From a virus, in IMG/VR virus record IMGVR_UViG_3300042389_001478, positions 32,001 to 96,000 of that record: a DNA stretch of 64,000 nt; one strand, written 5' to 3'. Under the pieces are notes generated by a model. That model searched no databases and was not told where the DNA came from. It saw only the letters and a program-made list of their open reading frames with translations. Position numbers and translations under genes: made by a program. Shown piece after piece: positions 18,784-27,524 of the stretch (position 1 is the first letter of the stretch; every line of letters begins with the position of its first letter).

Positions 18784-19938
18784 ATGGCTATTGTTAACAT
18801 CACACCACCATCTAATAAAATATTAGTTATTAATCAATCCATAGATGGATCAAATAGTAATGGCGTTATAACTACTAATTTAAAAATCAATGATGGTTTT
18901 GAGAATACTGTTGGGGTTGTTTACATAGAGCGCGGATTACAAGGCTTGACTGGGCCTAGCGGAAATATTGGACCAGCGGGGCCAGTTGGGCCTCAAGGAG
19001 AACCCGGATCCATTGGTTTACAGGGACCACCGGGTAGCGGACTAACTAAATTACTAGTTGGAAATATTGAGATAAAAGAAAATGAAATTCTTAATATTAC
19101 AGGGAACGGCGGCACTACAGTTACTTTTTATCCTAATTCTAATACTATTGATATTAGTTCTGATATTATAAGTAATAATTATTCATTAGTTGGTCATCGT
19201 CATAATACTAGCGATATAAATGGCTTCGGTGAAGCAGTAGATGATAGAGTTGCTGGTTTATTGACGGCTGGTGACCACATCTCTTTACAATATAATGATC
19301 AGGACTTAAATAATCTCGTTGTTTCTACAACCGGACTAGAAATTGGAAAAGATATTCAAGAGTATAGTTCCAGATTATCCAAGCTTGGTAATTTATCAAT
19401 ACACTCTGGGTCTATTATATATGGAACAGCCGTAGATCAGTATGGCTTAATTAACATTACAGAAGCTGGAAAAATATTAATAAACGATGTCGATGCAGCA
19501 GCACAAAGACGCACCCTTGAATTAGGAGAAATTGCCACCCACGACTCCTCTGAATTTGCTAAACTAGCTGGAGGAAATAATTTTACTGGCACACAATCCC
19601 TAGGAGACGGAACGCTAACCAGATTCTCGGCATCCCTGAATAACCAGAGTTCTAATTCATATATTATTACACAAAGCGATAATGGAAAAGTGCTTAGCTT
19701 TAACAATGATGCTACCTTCATAAATGTTAGTTTTAGCAATTCATTAAATGTCGGGTTCAACTGCCTAGTAACACAAATGGGTTCTGGACAAGTAAGATTT
19801 TCAGGAGTACAACTAGGACACAGACTTGGTCATAATAAATTAGTGGGTAAGTATTCTATAGCAACATTAGTAAAAACTACTCCAGATATTATTTTGATTT
19901 CTGGAGATACTACTGATGCTGAAGGTGGTCCAGGATAA
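18784..19938 (+). CDS. Collagen-like tail fibre protein
   Basis: GLQGLTGPSGNIGPAGPVGPQGEPGSIGLQGPPG triplets; GHRH motif; AKLAGGNNFTGTQ; common fibre C-terminal domain (SYIITQSDNGKVL...QMGSGQV...GKYSIATL). Confidence 0.8.
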   Translation: MAIVNITPPSNKILVINQSIDGSNSNGVITTNLKINDGFENTVGVVYIERGLQGLTGPSGNIGPAGPVGPQGEPGSIGLQGPPGSGLTKLLVGNIEIKENEILNITGNGGTTVTFYPNSNTIDISSDIISNNYSLVGHRHNTSDINGFGEAVDDRVAGLLTAGDHISLQYNDQDLNNLVVSTTGLEIGKDIQEYSSRLSKLGNLSIHSGSIIYGTAVDQYGLINITEAGKILINDVDAAAQRRTLELGEIATHDSSEFAKLAGGNNFTGTQSLGDGTLTRFSASLNNQSSNSYIITQSDNGKVLSFNNDATFINVSFSNSLNVGFNCLVTQMGSGQVRFSGVQLGHRLGHNKLVGKYSIATLVKTTPDIILISGDTTDAEGGPG

Positions 19939-19950
19939 TAGGAGAAAGTC

Positions 19951-22032
19951 ATGATTTTGCCTCCATTTTTTGGCTACCCAATCCCCAAAGATAGAGAGAT
20001 ATATAAGCTTAAATATTCTTATTTATCTCAAGATTTATTCTCATACCCCTACTACCCACCAATTGCTCAAATTACCTATGTTAGCAATGATATATTATCA
20101 TATAGTAAAAATACAATAGTAGATTCTTTAGCTAATACCTATCTTTCTAATGATGTTATGTCGTATAGTATAGCTACTCCTAAAGCTATTTCTTCGTACT
20201 TATCTTTCGACATACTTTCTTATGATCCTCCTCCGGCACCCCCAGAACCACCGCTTAATCTTAGTAGCTTGGCTGACGACGGAACAGCAACCCTATCCTG
20301 GACTGCTCCATATGCTAATAGATCTCCGCTCATCGACTATATCGTAGAATATGCAACAGGAAATTTTACATCATGGAACACCTATAACGACGGTGTGTCT
20401 CTGGATACCAATCTGTTTGCCACAGGACTGCAGAATTTAACAACATATAAGTTTAGGGTCTCCGCTACTAATGCGATAGGAACAGGTAATTTTTCAAACT
20501 ATACTACTGTTTTTCCATCGGCAGTTTCTCTTAATTATTGTGATTTGTTGTTATATTTTCCATTCGACACAGATTTTTCGGATAAGTCATGCTATAATAC
20601 CAACATTCAAGCCATGATACCTACTGAAGGATCTTTATCGATTACTAGCAACGATTATAAGTATGGTGGATATAGCTTATATACAGACGGTATACAGTAT
20701 GGAGAACCGGGGAACTACGATAATCCTCCAGAATATGCTCATCTTATTGTTGGTAGTAATCAAAATATCGACTGGAGTCCTAGCGGAGACTTTACTATTG
20801 AAATGTTTGTTAAGGGCCTTCCCGGAAATGCTGCAGGTACCATATTTAGTATTAGTAATAAAAACTACAATGATAATTATAGTTATATACAATTAAGTAA
20901 ATATAATAATACGTTGTATTTTGGATTTTATACTCAGTACTATGATAATAATTCACAAACATACATAGAGGATGGAAACAGCAGTATCACTGCTAATAAT
21001 GTTGTTTTAACAACAGGCTGGAGACATATTGCAATATCACGAGCCAATAATACCATGAGATTATTTGTTGATGGTATCGATAAAGGTAGTAAAATTACAA
21101 GCTTCAACCCAAAACTCGATAGCCATAATTTTTATATTGGATCAAATATTACCGCACCATTTTATCCTGGAACATCTTATGATGGTTTTGCCGGATATAT
21201 TGATCAATTTATATATACTAAAAAAGCTAAATACAGAGGAAGATTTATACCATCTAGATATTCTTTGCCATTTAATTGTGATAATTGTCAGCCAACTACT
21301 ACCACAACTACAGTTGCGCCCACAACAACTACAACAACTACCACCACAACAACACCAGCCCCCGCAACAACCGGTTATTTAATTAGTGGAGCATTTGATC
21401 CTGTAGCACAAGACGGAACATATTGTCAAGACGGAACATATAACGATAGACCATATTACAAAAACACAAACAATAGCAATTATTATCTGCTCTATCTAGG
21501 AACTCTTGACGGATGGGTTCTGGCATATACTTACGGAGCACCGTTTAATCCAGCAAATCCATCTTATGCATTTATGGACCAGGTCTATAGTAATGACCAG
21601 ACTCCGCCATTAACCGGATGGAACCAGGAACTAGGTAGCGCCACTATAACCACAATAACTTGCGGAGGAGGGGGAACAACTACCACAACAACGACGACTA
21701 CTACAACCACCCCAGCTCCTATTGGATATAATATCAGCGGAGGTGCCGATCCAGATTCTGATGGAATATATTGTCAAATCGGCATTTACAACGGAAAACC
21801 ATTCTATAAACATTCAACCAATAATTTCTTTTTCATATACTATAACCCAGGAGATCCTTCTTGGACAATTTCCTATGCGTCATCTGATTACTGGCAACCA
21901 TCCAATCCAACAAATTCTATTCTAAACTCAAGCACACAATCTATTAATTCTAATTATCAAAGCCCTACGCCACCACTCACTGGGTGGGGCGACCAATTCT
22001 CTGAGGCAATTATAACTCAAACAATATGTTAG
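19951..22032 (+). CDS. Fibre/adhesin: FN3 + LamG + Thr-rich linkers + two paralogous C-terminal domains
   Basis: FN3 motif (PPLNL...ATLSWTAP...DYIVEY...YKFRVSATNAIGTG); LamG motif (GDFTIEMF...WRHIAISR...GYIDQF); poly-Thr at 21295-21372 and 21676-21720. Confidence 0.85.
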   Translation: MILPPFFGYPIPKDREIYKLKYSYLSQDLFSYPYYPPIAQITYVSNDILSYSKNTIVDSLANTYLSNDVMSYSIATPKAISSYLSFDILSYDPPPAPPEPPLNLSSLADDGTATLSWTAPYANRSPLIDYIVEYATGNFTSWNTYNDGVSLDTNLFATGLQNLTTYKFRVSATNAIGTGNFSNYTTVFPSAVSLNYCDLLLYFPFDTDFSDKSCYNTNIQAMIPTEGSLSITSNDYKYGGYSLYTDGIQYGEPGNYDNPPEYAHLIVGSNQNIDWSPSGDFTIEMFVKGLPGNAAGTIFSISNKNYNDNYSYIQLSKYNNTLYFGFYTQYYDNNSQTYIEDGNSSITANNVVLTTGWRHIAISRANNTMRLFVDGIDKGSKITSFNPKLDSHNFYIGSNITAPFYPGTSYDGFAGYIDQFIYTKKAKYRGRFIPSRYSLPFNCDNCQPTTTTTTVAPTTTTTTTTTTTPAPATTGYLISGAFDPVAQDGTYCQDGTYNDRPYYKNTNNSNYYLLYLGTLDGWVLAYTYGAPFNPANPSYAFMDQVYSNDQTPPLTGWNQELGSATITTITCGGGGTTTTTTTTTTTTPAPIGYNISGGADPDSDGIYCQIGIYNGKPFYKHSTNNFFFIYYNPGDPSWTISYASSDYWQPSNPTNSILNSSTQSINSNYQSPTPPLTGWGDQFSEAIITQTIC

Positions 22033-22170
22033 AATTAGGATATAATTGAATGTCAATGCCAAGAAGGGGTACTATGATATTGGTGCTGGATGCAAATGAA
22101 TGACAGAAATGATCTAGTTTGGCCCGTATTTTGGACAAAACCCACTTTGTTAAATAAGACTACATCGACG

Positions 22171-22179
22171 GGGTATTAA
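22171..22179 (+). promoter_or_regulatory. Candidate late-promoter motif GGGTATTAA
   Basis: In the 168-nt intergenic gap, 30 nt before the ATG at 22201. Followed by AGA as in the 5088 copy (GTATTAAAGA is identical). Confidence 0.45.
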
Positions 22180-22200
22180 AGATAAACACTGGAGTTAATT

Positions 22201-25200
22201 ATGGCCACATTATTTTTTGAAGGATTTGAAAAAGGCGTTATTTTAAATAGCCTAGATTCTAGCTATTGGTCTAGCCAATTTAAAAGATTTCCCCAATATA
22301 GTTTTGGTGGATATGTACCATACACAGATCCTTCTCGTAGCTATTATGTTAATTATGCTTCAATATCTCCTAATAATGGAATACTACCTGATATAAGTTA
22401 TACTAATAGTTATTTAAACAGCAACAACGGAATATATTATCCCGGCAATGGTTATCCAGGATTTGGACAACCTCCAGGATTTTTGGCATTAACCAATGTA
22501 GAAGTTGAAAATCCAGACTCAGTAGAATATCCAACATATCTACAAATTAGCGGATTTCCCAATGCCAATGGGAATAAAACTTACTTTGGATTTAGGTCCT
22601 TAGGACTAGAAAGTAAGCACAGAGATTACTCAGACTATCCTCATGCTCACACTCTATTTTCTTTGTGTAGTGGCAATATTACCGGATTGGTGGTTAATGT
22701 GGTAAAACCAACAGGAAATACCTTAGCCTCTCTGAATAATGAAAAAACCACACTAGCCCTAGAAATACAGCAAAACAATCAATCAATTGGCTTTTTTGAT
22801 CTTAATATTTCGGGTGTACTCAGTAGATATCGAGTAGCATCAGTATTCTCTACAGGAAATAAAGTATTAACAATAGCAGATACTGTTGCTGGAAATGACA
22901 TAAACCGAGAGGATGCCTTAATAACTAGATGGATTCATTCTGAATTTTTAATAGATGATTCTAATCCCTCGCAGTCTTACTTATCAATTAAGCTGGAAGG
23001 TACTGACCTAGGCATTATTAATAATGATATAGAGAATAGAAATGACTGGGATATTGAGTTGCCAATTAGTGGTTTTAAATTCAACAATATTAAATTTTAT
23101 AATAGAACATATTCTTCTACATTAGAACAAAATATCACCTACGGAGGTGCGGGTGGCTACTATAGTTGGCCTGCGATGCAACCCGCTTCTAGATATTATC
23201 TTCATGGGAAAGCATGGCTATTAGACGATATTACTTTGATAGATAACGCTGGAGATCCATCTTTTTATGTTGGCCCAACAGCTAAGATACTATCATTCAA
23301 CCCTGGATATTATACTGGTGGATATGAAGGACCTAATTTAAGAGATAATGTTGGAGAAACTGATGGAGTATTAGATTGGACTTCTACTGCTGTAGTTAAT
23401 GATGGTTTCTCTTTCGGGAGCCCGACTAATCCATCGCCAAGCACTCGCAAGGCTTTATTGGCTATAGATAATGCTAATGTTATAGAATCAGTTACCAGTG
23501 GCAATATTGCAGCAGTAAATATGAACCCCCTATATCTTAAGTTTTTAAACGTTTCTGACGACGTGGTTTCGTATGACCCAGGATCAGCATGGAGATGGGG
23601 ATTAAATGATGCTGTTGGAGGAATGAAAGTATACAATACTGCTCGCAAAAACTATTTGGATACTAAATTTATTAATGTTTTTCGTTCAGGAGTTAGTGAT
23701 TCATTAGAAAATAATGTTTCTCTATTACTCCATGCGGACTCTGCTCCAATAGTAGACTCCACTAAATTTCCTAAAGCAGTTAATAGTAATAGCGTTTTAG
23801 TTAGAGGAGACAAATTCAAGTTTGGCGGAGGAAGTTTGTATTTCTCCAATAAAGACTCTTCTTTGTCTGTTAGTCACCCAGACTTAGGAAATAGTCCTTT
23901 TACCATAGAAGCTTGGATATATTTCCAAAATCATTCGCAAATAGTAGCATTATTTGATAAGACCCCAGCCAACTGGCCTTTAAAACCATATGAAAATACA
24001 ACTTATGAAATTCCTGGTCAAGGAACATTTCAAGCACCCTACTATAGTTTTGCGGCAAATACTAGCGGTATTATTTTCAAGAATAGAGACTACTGCGATA
24101 AGATCTTACCTTTTGATGCTATCGCAGAAACAGGAGTCTGGAACCATGTTGCTATCAGCAGAACATCAGACTCTAATCTAGTATGTTATTTAAATGGGAT
24201 TAAGGGAAATTTATATAATGTTTGTAATTGCGATTCTCAACTTTATCTGAGAACAAATGAATATCAAGGAACATCTAATGATATTTATTCGTTAAATACT
24301 TTATATAGTAGTAATTTAACTTCTGTTTATAATTTAACTATTGGTAAGCCAAGGACCTCTCTGCTTAAAGATTCTTATTATAATAATGTTTCACTGTTAT
24401 TAAAATCAGAAAATAGCGCTATTACAGACTATTCTTCAAATCCTAAAACTATTTCTAATAGCGGGGTTGTTTTATCTTATGATCATTCAATATTTGGAGA
24501 CCGAAGTCTCAAGTTGACTAATAGTAGTTATTTAAGTTGTAATAATTCTTCGGATTTTAATTTTGGTAGCGATAATTTCACGATAGAATTTTGGGTTTAT
24601 CTTGGGGATCCTAATCCTACTAATTTTACCCAGCGATCACTATTTAGTAGTAACAGTATTAATATCGATTTTAGAAGAACAAACACCAACGATTGCACCG
24701 GCAATAACGGTAGTACTTATGGTATGCTAGTATATGTTTTGGATAGTCAAGCAAATGCATATTATTTGACTAGGGGATGTAGCGGAACTTGGTGGCAGAA
24801 TATTGGTAACCCCTACTATGCTTGGGATCAACTTAAATACCCATGGGTACATATTAGTATAGTCAGAATCAATGGTATGATGTATGCATATGTTAATGGT
24901 AGTACAGCTATAGGAAATAGTGATCCTATAGCATATTCTGCAAATATACCATTTAATATTGATGTTAATAATTTTACTCTAGGATCCAGTTCTCCTGGCA
25001 ATTCCTTGAATTGTTATTTGGATAATTTTAGAATTACTAAGGGAATTGCTAGATATGCCACCAGAGCCAATAGCTTCAGTCCTCCGTATCAACCTTTTGG
25101 TACTAATGTTACAATACCAACAGATCCTGGGGCATTTATAGACGATTATAGAATTACTTATGGCGCAAATAGATATACTGATAATTTCACACCACCAGAC

Positions 25201-25371
25201 TATCCTCTTAGAGCAGAAAGAGACGACTATTATGATATAGGCCCAGTACATAATGTTAATAAAACCACCTATAGGAATTATCAGTATTACTCATATAAAA
25301 ATCCTGCCACTAACCAAAATTGGACGATGCCTCAAATTAATAATTTGATTTTTGGAGTGAAAAAGCTATGA
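22201..25371 (+). CDS. Virion protein with two nested LamG domains
   Basis: Outer domain MATLFFEGFE...NPATNQNWTMPQINNLIFGVK. LamG starts NVSLLLH (23704) and DSYYNNVSLLLK (24370). Two closing D(N/D)(F/Y)RIT.G..RY motifs. Confidence 0.8.
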   Translation: MATLFFEGFEKGVILNSLDSSYWSSQFKRFPQYSFGGYVPYTDPSRSYYVNYASISPNNGILPDISYTNSYLNSNNGIYYPGNGYPGFGQPPGFLALTNVEVENPDSVEYPTYLQISGFPNANGNKTYFGFRSLGLESKHRDYSDYPHAHTLFSLCSGNITGLVVNVVKPTGNTLASLNNEKTTLALEIQQNNQSIGFFDLNISGVLSRYRVASVFSTGNKVLTIADTVAGNDINREDALITRWIHSEFLIDDSNPSQSYLSIKLEGTDLGIINNDIENRNDWDIELPISGFKFNNIKFYNRTYSSTLEQNITYGGAGGYYSWPAMQPASRYYLHGKAWLLDDITLIDNAGDPSFYVGPTAKILSFNPGYYTGGYEGPNLRDNVGETDGVLDWTSTAVVNDGFSFGSPTNPSPSTRKALLAIDNANVIESVTSGNIAAVNMNPLYLKFLNVSDDVVSYDPGSAWRWGLNDAVGGMKVYNTARKNYLDTKFINVFRSGVSDSLENNVSLLLHADSAPIVDSTKFPKAVNSNSVLVRGDKFKFGGGSLYFSNKDSSLSVSHPDLGNSPFTIEAWIYFQNHSQIVALFDKTPANWPLKPYENTTYEIPGQGTFQAPYYSFAANTSGIIFKNRDYCDKILPFDAIAETGVWNHVAISRTSDSNLVCYLNGIKGNLYNVCNCDSQLYLRTNEYQGTSNDIYSLNTLYSSNLTSVYNLTIGKPRTSLLKDSYYNNVSLLLKSENSAITDYSSNPKTISNSGVVLSYDHSIFGDRSLKLTNSSYLSCNNSSDFNFGSDNFTIEFWVYLGDPNPTNFTQRSLFSSNSINIDFRRTNTNDCTGNNGSTYGMLVYVLDSQANAYYLTRGCSGTWWQNIGNPYYAWDQLKYPWVHISIVRINGMMYAYVNGSTAIGNSDPIAYSANIPFNIDVNNFTLGSSSPGNSLNCYLDNFRITKGIARYATRANSFSPPYQPFGTNVTIPTDPGAFIDDYRITYGANRYTDNFTPPDYPLRAERDDYYDIGPVHNVNKTTYRNYQYYSYKNPATNQNWTMPQINNLIFGVKKL

Positions 25372-26303
25372 GCGATTTTACCAGAATCAGATTACGACGA
25401 GCTAGTTCAACGGAATGGCTGGCTGTTGATCCATTACTATCTTTGGGAGAAGCCGGATACGAAACTGATACTAAAAAACTCAAAATTGGTGATGGTAATA
25501 ATATTTGGTCATTGTTAGACTACGTTAAAGTAGATACATCAGAAATAGTTTTTCCTTCAATACAGCTTGGAATTTCTGATGGTACAGATCAACGAATGGG
25601 AATTAACTTATCTCAAAATGAGTCATTCAATATTGTTGGTTCTGGAGGAACTGATGTTCTGTATGATGACTATACCAAAACATTGACTATAAAAAGCTTA
25701 GGCGACGGATCTTCATTAAGCAGAAATGATATCCTGAATGCATTAGGATATATTCCACATAGATCTGGTAACTATAGTTCAGTCGATCATAATCATAGCA
25801 TATCTAACATTAGTGGACTACAAGCTATTCTGGACAGCAAACAATCTAGTGGCAACTATGCGTCAGGGAATCATACTCACTCTATGAGCATCGGAAATGG
25901 AACATACAACACCATATCATATAGCGTTGGAGAAACCTTAAACGTTATTGGTAGCGGCTATACCTCAGTATTATTTGATGAATATACAAATAGTATAACT
26001 ATATATTCTACTGGTAATAGCGGTGTGATTTCATTAAATAATAGAGCGGGCGATGTTATTCTTAATTTTACTGATATTACAAACGCCATAGGATATGTTC
26101 CACAGCCTGTCGGATCATATTCGTTGTCCAGTCATAATCATTATGCTTCTGGTCTACTTCAATTAGAAAATATCTTTGAACAAAAAACCATAGGTAGCGC
26201 TGGTGCTTCTGGAGTAGCTGGTCAAATTTGCTGGGATCCAGCATATTTATATCTTTGCATCTCAACAAATTCATGGCATAGAATCCCACATTCTGGCTGG
26301 TAA
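25368..26303 (+). CDS. Tail fibre protein with Mtd_N/hyaluronidase-N-like anchor domain
   Basis: RIRLRRASSTEWLAVDPLLSLGEAGYETDTKKLKIGDG..W..LDY signature; LGYxP repeats; three HxH motifs; C-terminal GQICWDPAYLYLC..NSWHR. Confidence 0.8.
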   Translation: MSDFTRIRLRRASSTEWLAVDPLLSLGEAGYETDTKKLKIGDGNNIWSLLDYVKVDTSEIVFPSIQLGISDGTDQRMGINLSQNESFNIVGSGGTDVLYDDYTKTLTIKSLGDGSSLSRNDILNALGYIPHRSGNYSSVDHNHSISNISGLQAILDSKQSSGNYASGNHTHSMSIGNGTYNTISYSVGETLNVIGSGYTSVLFDEYTNSITIYSTGNSGVISLNNRAGDVILNFTDITNAIGYVPQPVGSYSLSSHNHYASGLLQLENIFEQKTIGSAGASGVAGQICWDPAYLYLCISTNSWHRIPHSGW

Positions 26304-26312
26304 AAGCATAAT

Positions 26313-26321
26313 GTGTATTTA
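26313..26321 (+). promoter_or_regulatory. Candidate late-promoter motif GTGTATTTA
   Basis: Intergenic, 40 nt before the ATG at 26353. Confidence 0.4.
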
Positions 26322-26352
26322 ATAGTAACTTAATTTATATAGGAATATTATT

Positions 26353-26883
26353 ATGGCCAATCCTTTTGACTCACTAATTTCCCCACTATTCAAAGATACT
26401 TTTAATAAGGCCATAGACGCACTGTTGGCTGACAATGCTCTCACAGTTCCATGCACATTAAATTACGCTTCTTCGAATAGATCATTATGTAATAACTGTA
26501 TTTTTGACCCAATTTCACAAAGATCTCTGAATCAATATAATAATGTTGGACCAGCTCCATTTGCTGCTAATAGCATTTGTCCAGTGTGTAATGGATATGG
26601 ACTACTTGATAAAGCAAAAACAGAAAGCGTTTACTTGGCTGTACTTTTTGATAGTAAATACTGGTTTAATTGGAATAATAAAGATGCTATCAATATACCA
26701 GACGGATCAGTCCAGACTGTTTGCAACATATCATTATTGCCAAAACTTAAAAATTCTCAATCTATGACCATGGATACGAATATTCAGAATTATGGAAATT
26801 ATTCATATGCTATTGCTGGAGACCCTCAACCATGTGGTCTTGGAAATAATAGATATATTATAACTATGTGGAGCAGAGCATGA
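26353..26883 (+). CDS. Probable head-closure/neck protein with CxxC...CxxC insert
   Basis: 176 aa; CNNC (26488) and CPVCNG (26578). The C-terminal YAIAGDPQPCGLG..RYIITMWSR resembles head-closure beta strands. Position upstream of tail-completion and tube genes. Confidence 0.5.
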   Translation: MANPFDSLISPLFKDTFNKAIDALLADNALTVPCTLNYASSNRSLCNNCIFDPISQRSLNQYNNVGPAPFAANSICPVCNGYGLLDKAKTESVYLAVLFDSKYWFNWNNKDAINIPDGSVQTVCNISLLPKLKNSQSMTMDTNIQNYGNYSYAIAGDPQPCGLGNNRYIITMWSRA

Positions 26884-27524
26884 AGCTGGAAATGAAATTA
26901 TTGGAATCAAATGCGGACATAGAAAATATGATTTTATCAGGCATTAGAGATAATATAGATCAAGCATTTAATAAGGCTCTTAAAAATTTACAAAGGTCTA
27001 TTCCTCTTGAGATACAAAGAGCGATCACATCCGAACCAGAATATCAGTCCTTAATTGGCGGAGTCTTACAATATGAGCTTGGCATCCCGGACGCAGGTAA
27101 AAAGGTAAATAATATTGTTAATATATGGACGAATAATTTTAATGTTGAAGTTTCTCCAATATCAATAAGGGGAGCTGGAATTACTGGTGGTTTTAGTATT
27201 AATATGATAAAAGAGAACTATGAAGATGTATTAAGCAGTGCGGATGCTTTTGTAATAGATGACGCTAAATCATTAAAGTTACCCTGGCTAGAGTGGCTCT
27301 TATTATATGGTGGTAAAATTATAGTAAGAAGCTATGAAGTTAAGGTGGGACCAAATCCACACTCACGAACCGGATTAGCTATCATGAAACCGTCAAAAAA
27401 GAACTGGAGAGTTCCAGCAGAATTTTCTGGCACACGAGAGAATAACTGGGTTACCAGAGCCTTAGACAGACTAGACGATTCCATTCCCAACCTTATACAA
27501 ACAGAAATTGAGAAGAACACATGA
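26880..27524 (+). CDS. Probable neck/tail-completion protein (HK97 gp10-like position)
   Basis: The likely start is the ATG at 26880 (ATGA overlap with the upstream stop, GGAG RBS) rather than the GTG at 26868. It ends with the NWVTRAL..L helix typical of this class. Confidence 0.5.
   Translation: MKLEMKLLESNADIENMILSGIRDNIDQAFNKALKNLQRSIPLEIQRAITSEPEYQSLIGGVLQYELGIPDAGKKVNNIVNIWTNNFNVEVSPISIRGAGITGGFSINMIKENYEDVLSSADAFVIDDAKSLKLPWLEWLLLYGGKIIVRSYEVKVGPNPHSRTGLAIMKPSKKNWRVPAEFSGTRENNWVTRALDRLDDSIPNLIQTEIEKNT

Noticed and set aside
22033-22200. Possible read-through or remnant coding sequence after the 693-aa gene (ECQCQEG / GYYDIGAGCK fragments)
   Set aside because: All three frames are interrupted by stops within about 20 codons, there is no RBS, and the similarity is too short to support.
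1-26303. Diversity-generating retroelement acting on fibre genes (prompted by the Mtd_N-like domain)
   Set aside because: There is no reverse transcriptase in the window and I saw no TR/VR pair differing only at adenines. Mtd_N is only an anchor domain. A DGR elsewhere in the genome cannot be excluded.
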